A DNA stretch of 64,000 bases from an uncultured Clostridia bacterium (GTDB lineage: Bacteria; Bacillota; Clostridia; Christensenellales; UBA1242), in the NCBI GenBank assembly GCA_944381135.1, contig CALWJY010000001.1, positions 4,378-68,377 of the forward strand, in the 5' to 3' direction. Positions 10,434 to 19,789 of the stretch are shown in pieces. A program made the position numbers and the translations under genes. Within the stretch, counting starts at the first letter, position 1, and each line of letters opens with the position of its first letter. The notes beneath the pieces are model-generated. The model made no database searches, was not told the origin of the DNA, and saw only the letters and a program-made list of their open reading frames with translations.

Positions 10434-11288
10434 GTGAAAACTGCAGAGCAACAAATCACAGAACAACAGGAAGAATTGAAGTCGCAGCAAGGCGAAGTTT
10501 CAGAAGCTCAAAACGAAATGGCAGGCAATGGCGAAACAACAACCGCGCAAGGTGACATGCTTTTAAATTCTGACACATACCGCTTTAAATTGGACAATTT
10601 TGAGGGTCCATTGGATTTATTGTTGCACCTCATCAAAGAGGCAAAACTTGACATTGCCACAGTCAAACTTGCGGACATCACGGAGCAATATTTGGAATAT
10701 ATGCAAGACATCAAGAATGTGGACATGGACAAGGCGAGTGAGTTCATCACAGTGGCGGCAACCTTGATTGAAATCAAATCAAAAAGCGTTCTGCCTGTGG
10801 AGCAAGAGGAAGTCCCTGAGGAAGAGGATGACGAGGCTTTGCTTTTGCGTAGGCTGAAAGAATATGAACTTTTCAAAGAGGTTGGGAAAGACCTTAAACA
10901 AATTGAAGATGTTGGAAAGTTATATCGCGCGCCAGGCAAAGAAACTGAGAAAGTGAAAGTCATCATGAAAGACATGGTGCTTGACCAACTTCTTGACGCC
11001 TTTGCAAAACTTATGACGCGTGAAGAGCTGAAAAAGGCAGTTCAAAACGAGCAACCAAAGAAGATTGTCAAAGACCGCTTCACAGTTGCAGAAAAAATCA
11101 TTGAAATTCGAAATTTTGCCAAAGAAAGAAAGCGCTTTGAGTTTGAAGAATTGTTTGATGACGATTTGACAAAAAGTGAACTTATCAACACATTTTTGGC
11201 GCTTTTGGAACTTTTGAAATTGCAGACGGTGAAAGTGATTCAAGGCGAAATTTTTGGGCATATCATCATAACAGCAAACGAGGTGTGA
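10434..11288 (+). CDS. scpA: segregation/condensation protein A (kleisin)
   Basis: FEGPLDLLLHLI, ASEFITVAATLIEIKSK, FLALLEL. Confidence 0.96.
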   Translation: MKTAEQQITEQQEELKSQQGEVSEAQNEMAGNGETTTAQGDMLLNSDTYRFKLDNFEGPLDLLLHLIKEAKLDIATVKLADITEQYLEYMQDIKNVDMDKASEFITVAATLIEIKSKSVLPVEQEEVPEEEDDEALLLRRLKEYELFKEVGKDLKQIEDVGKLYRAPGKETEKVKVIMKDMVLDQLLDAFAKLMTREELKKAVQNEQPKKIVKDRFTVAEKIIEIRNFAKERKRFEFEELFDDDLTKSELINTFLALLELLKLQTVKVIQGEIFGHIIITANEV

Positions 11289-11289
11289 A

Positions 11290-11946
11290 ATGAATGTTGA
11301 AAACAAAAAAGACCTTAAAGAAATTGTGCTTTCAATTCTTTTCGTGGCAGGCGAGGGGATTGAAAAAGACTTTATCATGCAAAAACTCAACCTCACTGAC
11401 AAAGAACTTTCAAAGGTGATTGACGAACTAAAGAAAGAATATGACGGCGACAAAGGCATTCACATCATCACCTACAAAAACAAAGTGCAACTTGCGTCAA
11501 ATCCGGCATATTCCGAATATATCAGCGAGGTTCTCAACCCAATTCGTGAAAAATCTTTGACGCGCGCGGCACTTGAAACGCTGGCAATTATTGCATACAA
11601 ACAACCAATCACAAAACTTGAAATTGAGGACATCAGACGCGTGAATTGTGACTATGCTGTGCAAATTTTGGTTGACCAAAACATGATTGAAGTTGTTGGC
11701 AGAAAAGATGCAGTTGGAAAACCGCTCCTTTTTGGCACAACTGAAAATTTTTTGAAGAGGTTTAATCTTTCAGACCTTGCCGATTTGCCAGACTATGAGG
11801 CACTTTTGGAGAGAATCAAAGTGATTGAAGAGGGGCAAGATGAGCAACCACAAAGTGATAGTCTCTATAACGAGTTTAAACTTCCAGAAGAAGAGGAACT
11901 TCCGGAATTTTTGAAAGGTGAAGAGAGCATTCAAAAAGTTGAATAA
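11290..11946 (+). CDS. scpB: SMC-Scp complex subunit ScpB
   Basis: LTRAALETLAIIAYKQPIT, GKPLLFGTT; adjacent to scpA. Confidence 0.96.
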   Translation: MNVENKKDLKEIVLSILFVAGEGIEKDFIMQKLNLTDKELSKVIDELKKEYDGDKGIHIITYKNKVQLASNPAYSEYISEVLNPIREKSLTRAALETLAIIAYKQPITKLEIEDIRRVNCDYAVQILVDQNMIEVVGRKDAVGKPLLFGTTENFLKRFNLSDLADLPDYEALLERIKVIEEGQDEQPQSDSLYNEFKLPEEEELPEFLKGEESIQKVE

Positions 11947-11972
11947 GTGGCAGAACTTTTTGCCACTTTTTT
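11945..11972 (+). terminator. intrinsic terminator
   Basis: AAGTGGCA...TGCCACTT followed by a T-run. Confidence 0.7.
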
Positions 11973-12051
11973 GTTTATGCAAAATATTAAATCAAGACAA
12001 AACAAGACATCGCATTCTTGATGTTTCCTGTTTAATAATATTTAACAATTC

Positions 12052-12079
12052 GTCACCCTGAGCGTAGTCGAAGGGTCTC
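12052..12079. repeat. 28-bp REP-like dispersed repeat
   Basis: GTCACCCTGAGCGTAGTCGAAGGGTCTC; differs by one base from 37431-37458. Confidence 0.85.
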
Positions 12080-12182
12080 TTTAAAATTGAGAAACTTGCA
12101 GAAATTGTTAACTTCTGTAGAAATGTTTTTATTAAAATTCAAAAAGAATGGTATTTGGCAAAATTTAGGCATAAAATGTTTT

Positions 12183-12326
12183 ATGGACAAGCAAAAATCT
12201 TATGGTGAAAATTATCAGCAAACAAAACTTAAGCACCGATTTTCTCTTCGTTTTGTGCTTATCACCATTTTTTGCTGTGTTTTGACTGTGGCACTTGTTG
12301 CAACTTTGGTGGGTGTGCTTCTATGA
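12183..12326 (+). CDS. 47-aa single-pass membrane micro-protein in the spoIVFA position
   Basis: MDKQKSYGENY followed by a hydrophobic C-terminus. Stop overlaps the spoIVFB start (ATGA). CATAAAAT -10-like box 5 nt upstream. Confidence 0.5.
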   Translation: MDKQKSYGENYQQTKLKHRFSLRFVLITIFCCVLTVALVATLVGVLL

Positions 12327-13165
12327 AAAAATTTGCAATTCATCCTGTCAGTTTGATTGTTTGGGTTTGGCTTTTGATTGTTCTTGGTCCGCTTCTTGCG
12401 TTGTCGTATGTGGTGGCAATTGTCATTCATGAATTTGGGCATTTTTTTGTTGCAAAACGGTTGGGATATGCTTTGTCGCGCTTTTCCATTTCGCCCTATG
12501 GGGTGGCGCTTTCATACTATCAGCAAAATTTGAACTATGCTGATGAAATCAAAATTGCTTTCGCAGGACCTCTTGCCAATTTGATTTCAGTGCTTTTTGT
12601 GCTTGGGTTTTGGTGGATTTTCCCGTCTGTCTATGCGTTCACAGAAAGTTTTGTGGTTGTCAGCACTCTGCTTGCGCTGTTCAACCTCTTGCCAGCATAT
12701 CCAATGGACGGCGGGCGAATTTTCATCGGATGCGCATCGCACTTTATGTCGCAAGAGGTGGCAAGGAAAATCACAATTGTTGTTAACATTGTGTTGAGCA
12801 TTTTGTTTTTTGCCTTGTTTGTTGCGTTTATGTTCATCAATTTCAATCCAACCTATTTGCTTTTTGTGTTTTTCTTGGTGGCGGGGGTGTTAGATTTGAA
12901 AAGTGTCACAAAGTTTGAAAAAATCAACATATTTTGCAAGAAGAGCAAAGATTTTGTTCGCCCTACAATTTTTTGTGTGTCAAAAGATGTCAAACTTAAA
13001 GAACTGCTCGGAAAAATGCAAACTTCCAAAACTTGTGTTTTCCTTTTGGAACTTGAAAACGGAAAGACTGTTGTTTTAAGCGAAAAGGCAGTCATAAAAT
13101 TGTTGCTTACAAACAACTATGACGCAACATTGTATGAAGTGCTGGAAAAATCAAATAAAAAATGA
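12323..13165 (+). CDS. spoIVFB: site-2 (M50) intramembrane metalloprotease, SpoIVFB-like
   Basis: HEFGH, ISPYGVA, AGPLAN, NLLPAYPMDGG and a soluble C-terminal region. Start taken at ATG 12323. Confidence 0.75.
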   Translation: MKKFAIHPVSLIVWVWLLIVLGPLLALSYVVAIVIHEFGHFFVAKRLGYALSRFSISPYGVALSYYQQNLNYADEIKIAFAGPLANLISVLFVLGFWWIFPSVYAFTESFVVVSTLLALFNLLPAYPMDGGRIFIGCASHFMSQEVARKITIVVNIVLSILFFALFVAFMFINFNPTYLLFVFFLVAGVLDLKSVTKFEKINIFCKKSKDFVRPTIFCVSKDVKLKELLGKMQTSKTCVFLLELENGKTVVLSEKAVIKLLLTNNYDATLYEVLEKSNKK

Positions 13166-13256
13166 TGTCGGAATTTGTTGAAAATAATAAAAAAAGAGAT
13201 AAAAATGGGATATTCTGTCAAAAACGGCTCAAAATATGCTTATAAGGAGAGGGAAA

Positions 13257-13706
13257 ATGGATAAGAAAGAAAAAATGACGAAATATCTCAACGCAATATA
13301 TCAAAACACACGCACTGCCATCCAATCAATTGAGGACATAATCACAAAAACCGAGGACAAAAAATTGATTGAAGAGTTGGCGAAAGAGGAGGATGAATAT
13401 TCCTGCCTTGCCAAAGAGTGTGAAAATTTTGCCAAAGCAGAAAAAATTGAGGACATCAAAGACAACAATTGGATTGAAAAAACAAAACTGTGGGGCGCAA
13501 TCAACATGGGGACAATGATGGACAAAACCACTCGCAACATTGCTGAAATGATGCTTGTTGGCACTTTCATGGGCATCATCACTTGCATAAAAGACAAAGA
13601 TGATCACAAGGGTGTTTCGGCGGAGTTGGACGAAATTTTGGACAAACTCTATGAGTTTGAGCGCAAAAACATTGACAGACTTTTGCCGTTTTTGGAAGAG
13701 AATTGA
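13257..13706 (+). CDS. hypothetical helical (ferritin-like) protein, possibly sporulation-associated
   Basis: AGGAGAGGG RBS; LNAIYQN start; amphipathic helical pattern; GGATA-17-CAAAATA SigG-like promoter upstream. Confidence 0.6.
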   Translation: MDKKEKMTKYLNAIYQNTRTAIQSIEDIITKTEDKKLIEELAKEEDEYSCLAKECENFAKAEKIEDIKDNNWIEKTKLWGAINMGTMMDKTTRNIAEMMLVGTFMGIITCIKDKDDHKGVSAELDEILDKLYEFERKNIDRLLPFLEEN

Positions 13707-13811
13707 GGTTATTTAATTAATCATTTTCAAAATAATAAATATAATAATTTTTCAAATTAATAATTCAAATCAAATTAAAATTTTCAAATTGATGTAAAAA
13801 CAAAATAATAT

Positions 13812-13844
13812 AAAAATAGTGAAAAACCTTCACTATTTTTTTTT
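13812..13844 (+). terminator. intrinsic terminator
   Basis: AAAAATAGTGAA...TTCACTATTTTT. Confidence 0.6.
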
Positions 13845-13851
13845 GAGGTTT

Positions 13852-13903
13852 CAAATGCTTAAATGCTTAAATGTTTCAATTGATTTAATGTTTAAATGTT
13901 TCA
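13852..13903. repeat. degenerate 8-bp tandem repeat (AAATGYTT)
   Basis: aaatgctt aaatgctt aaatgttt caattgatt taatgttt aaatgttt. Confidence 0.55.
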
Positions 13904-14051
13904 AGAGATATAAAAGCTTCAGGTGTTGCAAGTCCTACATTTTTCTTGAAACTGAACGACAATTTGCGTCATTTTAACTTTCAGTCAAGAAAGGACATGT
14001 TTCGACAAAATTTTCGTGTATCAAAATTGTTTAGTTTCGCAAAATAAGCGC

Positions 14052-15470
14052 ATGAGAACATCAACAAAAATCATTCTTGTCATTACAATTGCACTTTTTG
14101 TTGCAAACATTTTTTTGACAGGAAGTTTGATTTCTGCAATTGTGCCAACGGGAAGTGGGTTTGAATTTAATTTCACTCCACTTGCTTGGGTCAGTTTGAC
14201 GCTTCAAATTTTGTTTTCAATTTTTTCAACCATTTTGTTTTTCCGTTTTCTCAAAACTCAAAGGTTGTCAAACATGATTTTCTTTTCAATTGCACCGCTG
14301 ACACTTGTTTATGGCGCATTTATGGTCTATATTGTCAGCGTGAAAGATATGACAAATTTGACTGCACAATCTGTGCGTGCAACGCTCAACATCTCCACGG
14401 CAGACGATGCCTATAACCATCTTTTATGGGCGGGGCTTGCAACATTAATTTTCCTTGTCGCCGTTTTTGTGATTGTGTTGTTTGCGTGCCGACCGCTTTC
14501 CAAAGTCGAAAACATCACAGAGAAGTTGGGCGATGGCAGAACAAAATTTGACAATTTTAAAGTTGGTGGTGGAAAGCAATTTCAAGAGATTGAAAACTCG
14601 CTGAACAAAATCAATTATTCGTTTAAAGAAAAGGAAAACAAAATCAGGCAAACCAATTTGGAAGCGCAAAAATTCATTCCAAAGCAGTTTTTCAAATTTC
14701 TTGGCAAAAACAGCATTTCAGAACTTGAACTTGGAAACCAGGTCAAGAAGAATGCCACCACACTTTTTTGTGACCTCAAAAGTGCAACAAACATAAGTCG
14801 AAGTTTGAGTCTGGAAGAAAATTTCAACTACATCAACTCCTATCTCAAAGTTGTTGCCCCACTCATAAGAAAGTTTGACGGCTTCATTGACAAATATCTT
14901 GGCGACGGGGTGCTTTCTGTCTTTTCAAAACCTCAAAACGCCATAGAGTGCGCGCACGCCATTTTGCGTGCAATTGACGTGAAGAATAAGTCGCAAAAAG
15001 AACTTCCAAACATAGATGCAAGGATTTCCATCAACACAGGCGAGATTATTTTTGGAATTGTTGGAGATGAGGAGCGAAAAAGTCCAACCATCATTTCGGA
15101 TGTTGTGAACCTTGCCAGCAAAATGGAGGAAATTAACCTCTATATTGGCACAAAACTTCTCATTTCCAAAACGACACTCAACGAACTTCCGCAAAATTTC
15201 GAATTTGACTATCGCTATACCGGTGCGCTGTCTTTGGAGGATGGAACTCAAATTCCGTTGTTTGAAAGTTTGAACTATTATTCCAAAACCAAGCGTGAGA
15301 AATTGAAAAAATTGAAAAACAAATTTGAAAGCGGAGTGAGGGCATACAACGAGCGAAATTATGCTGAGGCAAAGGAAATTTTTGAATATGTGCTTCACTA
15401 TGTTCCAGATGACAAACCTTCATATGTCTATTTCAACAAAGCAAGCGAAAAATTGAAAGAGGTTGCATGA
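14052..15470 (+). CDS. membrane-bound class III adenylate/guanylate cyclase (4 TM, HAMP-like, cyclase, TPR-like tail)
   Basis: LFCDL, DKYLGDG, INTGEIIFGIVG, TIISDVVNLASKME; four N-terminal hydrophobic helices; RPLSKV HAMP-like linker. Confidence 0.88.
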   Translation: MRTSTKIILVITIALFVANIFLTGSLISAIVPTGSGFEFNFTPLAWVSLTLQILFSIFSTILFFRFLKTQRLSNMIFFSIAPLTLVYGAFMVYIVSVKDMTNLTAQSVRATLNISTADDAYNHLLWAGLATLIFLVAVFVIVLFACRPLSKVENITEKLGDGRTKFDNFKVGGGKQFQEIENSLNKINYSFKEKENKIRQTNLEAQKFIPKQFFKFLGKNSISELELGNQVKKNATTLFCDLKSATNISRSLSLEENFNYINSYLKVVAPLIRKFDGFIDKYLGDGVLSVFSKPQNAIECAHAILRAIDVKNKSQKELPNIDARISINTGEIIFGIVGDEERKSPTIISDVVNLASKMEEINLYIGTKLLISKTTLNELPQNFEFDYRYTGALSLEDGTQIPLFESLNYYSKTKREKLKKLKNKFESGVRAYNERNYAEAKEIFEYVLHYVPDDKPSYVYFNKASEKLKEVA

Positions 15471-15570
15471 GAGTTGCACGAAAGGTTGTTGTGAGAAGTT
15501 GCTTGACAATTGCACGAGAGGTTGCATAAGAGGCTGTTATGAGAGTTTGGATGAGAGTTGCACGAAAGAG
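15459..15570. repeat. degenerate 11-12 bp tandem repeat (GAGAGTTGCAY)
   Basis: Successive variants gaggttgcat, gagagttgcac, gaaaggttgttgt, gagaagttgctt, gacaattgcac, gagaggttgcat and others. Confidence 0.7.
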
Positions 15571-15585
15571 GTGCAACTTTTTTTT
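15556..15585 (+). terminator. intrinsic terminator
   Basis: AGTTGCAC-gaaagag-GTGCAACT followed by a T-run. Confidence 0.75.
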
Positions 15586-15746
15586 GTGTTTAAATTTGTG
15601 ATTGTTTTCTATTTTCTCACCTATTTTTTTGTTTAAGATTGTGTTAATAGTGCTTAAAATTGAAAGGGTGAACGAGAGCAATTAACATTTGAAAAGTAAA
15701 ATTTTGCAACTTTTAATTTTTATGATTTACATATTCTTTGATACAC

Positions 15747-15775
15747 TTGACTTTGTTTTGGTTATGTTTTAAAAT
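15747..15775 (+). promoter_or_regulatory. SigA-type promoter, 7 nt upstream of ATG 15783
   Basis: TTGACT-17-TAAAAT. Confidence 0.7.
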
Positions 15776-15782
15776 ATTGTAA

Positions 15783-16526
15783 ATGAAGAAAAAAAGACCA
15801 AAAATTTTTCAGAAAGGAAAATCGTTTAAAGTTTGTCCAAGATGTGGCAACAAATGTTTAATCAATCAGACGAAATGCGAGGAGTGTGATTTGCTTTTTG
15901 CGCGCCTTGAATTTGCTTCCAACACTGCTGCAAAGAGGCAACTTAGGCGTTTCGACCGAGATTATATCATCTACACGAAAGATTTGCCAAAAGATGTAAG
16001 TTTCATCAAACTGCTTCTTTACACAATTTTTTTCGGGGTTTTTGGTGTGCATTATTATTATGTTGGCAAATATTTCAAAGGCTTTTTGATGAGTTTAAGT
16101 TTTGTCTATCTCATTCTTTGCACAGTTTTCAACGCTTACATCATGAACAACTTGGAGGCATATTCTTCATTGATTTTCTTTCCAATTGGTGTGGCGGCAC
16201 TTTCGTGGATTGTAAGTTTGACTCTTGTCATCAGCAAAAAATTTAAAGTACCAATTCTTGTGGATATTCCAAAAGATGTTCAGGACGATTTGAAAGCCAA
16301 AAAAGAGGACTTTCAAAAATTCAGCCAAGAACTTAAGGCGGAAAATGAGAAACTTCGCCAAGAGCAAACAGGCGGAATGGAAGATGTTTCTGATGTGAAA
16401 AATGATGATGTTGTGAAGAGTCAAGTTGCTGAAAAGTGCGTGAAAAGCGAAAAAATTTCAAAGTCTAAAAAGAATGTTGACAGTTTCAAAATCATTGAAA
16501 AAGTTCTGGGAATTAAGAAAAAATAA
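15783..16526 (+). CDS. zinc-ribbon + TM2 domain membrane protein
   Basis: CPRC-x10-CEEC; FGVFGVHYYYVGK TM2 signature; charged C-terminal tail. Confidence 0.75.
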   Translation: MKKKRPKIFQKGKSFKVCPRCGNKCLINQTKCEECDLLFARLEFASNTAAKRQLRRFDRDYIIYTKDLPKDVSFIKLLLYTIFFGVFGVHYYYVGKYFKGFLMSLSFVYLILCTVFNAYIMNNLEAYSSLIFFPIGVAALSWIVSLTLVISKKFKVPILVDIPKDVQDDLKAKKEDFQKFSQELKAENEKLRQEQTGGMEDVSDVKNDDVVKSQVAEKCVKSEKISKSKKNVDSFKIIEKVLGIKKK

Positions 16527-16570
16527 AGAATGAAAACAAAACACATATGTGACAAAAATTAAAATGTTGA

Positions 16571-17659
<1,089 letters not shown>

Positions 17660-17730
17660 AATTGAATTTTGACCAACAAACAAATTAAGAAATGAAATTG
17701 TTTGTTTTTGATTATGAAAATAAAGATAAT

Positions 17731-17782
17731 CAAGATGTTGCGTATTATGCAGTTAAAAATGTTTGCATAATACACAAGATGT
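17731..17782. repeat. TGCATAATACAC / GTGTATTATGCA palindromic repeat family, copy A
   Basis: GCGTATTATGCA at 17740 and TGCATAATACAC at 17764; related copies at 25090 and 55254. Confidence 0.7.
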
Positions 17783-17881
17783 AGGGTTTTAGTTTTTAAC
17801 TTTGGTGTTTTGTTTTTAGAAAAACTATACTATATTTTTTAAATGGAACAAAGCAAACATAAAACTTTAAGGAGAAAAATT

Positions 17882-18724
17882 TTGAGAGTTGCAGATTCGT
17901 GGAAAGAGGAATATCGTGTTTTGGCAACGGGTGATGGAGAGAAGTTGGAGTCTTGGTCTGGCATCACTCTTCTTCGTCCAGACCCTCAAGTGATTTGGCA
18001 TAGAAAAAGAGACCTAACAAAAAATGTTGACGCAATTTATGAAAGAAAAGAGGGTGGTGGTTTTTGGCATTTCAATAAACAAATTCCTGAGCAGTGGGTC
18101 ATCACATGGAAAGGTTTGAAATTTATTGTCAAACCAATGGGCTTCAAGCACACAGGAATTTTTCCTGAACAGGCAGTGAATTGGGAAATGATGATGTCAC
18201 TCATTCAGGCGCAAAAAAGAGAAATTAAGGTTTTGAATCTTTTTGCATACACAGGTGGGGCGTCTGTTGCATGCAGTAAAGCCGGAGCCATTGTGACTCA
18301 TGTGGATGCCAGCAAAGGCATGGTGGAGCGTGCGAAAGAAAATGCCAAACTTAACGGAATTTCCAACATTCGCTTTATTGTTGACGATTGTGAGAAATTT
18401 ATTGAGCGAGAAATTCGGCGCGGAAACCGTTATGATGCCATAATTATGGATCCTCCAAGTTATGGTCGTGGGCCAAATGGCGAGATGTGGAAACTTGAAA
18501 ACAATTTGGCAGATTTTGTGGAACTTTCCAAAAAAGTTTTGTCAAACAAACCACTTTTTGTGTTGATTAATTCCTACACCACAGGGCTTCAGCCGACAGT
18601 TATTGCAAACATTTTGAAATGTGTTTTTGGTGCAAATGGTGTGGAGGCTGACGAAATTGGATTGCCGACTGATGAGGGTTTAATTTTGCCGTGCGGAGCA
18701 AGCGGGATTAAAATTTGGAAATAA
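17882..18724 (+). CDS. class I SAM-dependent methyltransferase (RlmI/YwbD-like)
   Basis: FKHTGIFPEQ, LNLFAYTGG, MDPPSYGRG. Start taken at TTG 17882 after an AGGAG RBS. Confidence 0.88.
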   Translation: MRVADSWKEEYRVLATGDGEKLESWSGITLLRPDPQVIWHRKRDLTKNVDAIYERKEGGGFWHFNKQIPEQWVITWKGLKFIVKPMGFKHTGIFPEQAVNWEMMMSLIQAQKREIKVLNLFAYTGGASVACSKAGAIVTHVDASKGMVERAKENAKLNGISNIRFIVDDCEKFIEREIRRGNRYDAIIMDPPSYGRGPNGEMWKLENNLADFVELSKKVLSNKPLFVLINSYTTGLQPTVIANILKCVFGANGVEADEIGLPTDEGLILPCGASGIKIWK

Positions 18725-18832
18725 AACTTATTGCAAAAATTAAGACGAATTTTTTGAATTTAGAGAAGAAACCAAACTAAATTTGAAGAACATAAACTTA
18801 AAAACATATTTGAAGATAAAAGGAAAACGAAC

Positions 18833-19531
18833 ATGGAAGATTTGACAGTGCTTTATGAAGACAATCAAGTTGTGGTTGTCATCAAACCGCAGAATGTGCC
18901 ATGCGTGGCTGATGCAAGTGGAGATGAGGACATGCTTTCGCGCGTCAAGGCATACATTAAAGAAAAATACAACAAGCCGGGCGAGGTTTTCATTGGGCTT
19001 GTTCACAGGCTTGACAGACCAACAGGCGGAATTATGGTTTTTGCGCGAAACTCTAAATCTGCAAAAAGGTTGAGCGAACAATTCAAAACTCATGAAGTTG
19101 AAAAAATCTATTATGCGGTGACAAACGGGGTTGTGAAAATCAAGCGTCAGACGCTCATCAATTATGTCAAGAAAGACGAAAAAGAAAACATTGTCAAAAT
19201 TGTCCCTATGAGTGAGCAAGGGGCTAAAAAAGCGGAACTTGTCTATAATGTTTTGGAAGATGATGGGAAATATTCTCTTTTGGAAGTCAAAATTTTGACA
19301 GGCAGAAGTCATCAAATTCGCTTACAATTGGCAAACATAGGTTTCTCTCTTTTTGGCGATGTGAAGTATGGAAAGGCAAAAGGGCGAACAGGAAATCTTG
19401 GGCTTTGGGCTGGAAAACTTTCTTTCACTCATCCAACAACAAAAGAAAAAATGACATTCATTGCCTATCCTGACGAAACCAAAGAGCCATGGAACAAATT
19501 CAACATGCAAAAACACTTACTTTTCTTTTAG
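18833..19531 (+). CDS. RluA-family pseudouridine synthase
   Basis: HRLDRPTGG, TGRSHQIR, GDVKYG. Confidence 0.95.
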   Translation: MEDLTVLYEDNQVVVVIKPQNVPCVADASGDEDMLSRVKAYIKEKYNKPGEVFIGLVHRLDRPTGGIMVFARNSKSAKRLSEQFKTHEVEKIYYAVTNGVVKIKRQTLINYVKKDEKENIVKIVPMSEQGAKKAELVYNVLEDDGKYSLLEVKILTGRSHQIRLQLANIGFSLFGDVKYGKAKGRTGNLGLWAGKLSFTHPTTKEKMTFIAYPDETKEPWNKFNMQKHLLFF

Positions 19532-19544
19532 AAAAAAGAAAAGT

Positions 19545-19734
19545 AAGCAAAAGAAAACCACTTGAACGAATTATTGGTTTTGTTTATAAAAAAGTTAAAT
19601 AAGCAAAAGAAAACCGTTTGAAAATTTTTTGTTTTGTAGTTAAGAAAAGATTAAATAAGTATAAGAGAACTACCTGTATGAATTATGGGTTATAATAAAA
19701 GTGAAGAACAAACAAAGCAAAAGAAAACCACTTG
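19545..19734. repeat. four copies of a ~20-bp core (AAGCAAAAGAAAACCACTTG) at 56-58 bp period
   Basis: Cores start at 19545, 19601, 19657 (degenerate) and 19715. Confidence 0.7.
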
Positions 19735-19789
19735 CTGAAAAAAAATAATTTAACAACAAAACTCTTTAAATTATGGAATTGGAGGGAAC

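Noticed and set aside
14052-15470. Pycsar/CBASS anti-phage cyclase
   Set aside because: It has ATP-type specificity residues and a TM-HAMP sensor layout, with no adjacent cNMP-binding effector gene.
17843-17881. Leaderless ATG start for the methyltransferase, and other 5'-extended ORF-track starts (25740, 28147, 37669, 39984, 42846, 48102, 61089)
   Set aside because: Downstream starts with an RBS, promoter or gene overlap, and family-typical N-termini, fit better.
19545-19734. CRISPR array
   Set aside because: The core is only ~20 bp and degenerate, the intervals resemble each other, and there are no cas genes in the window.
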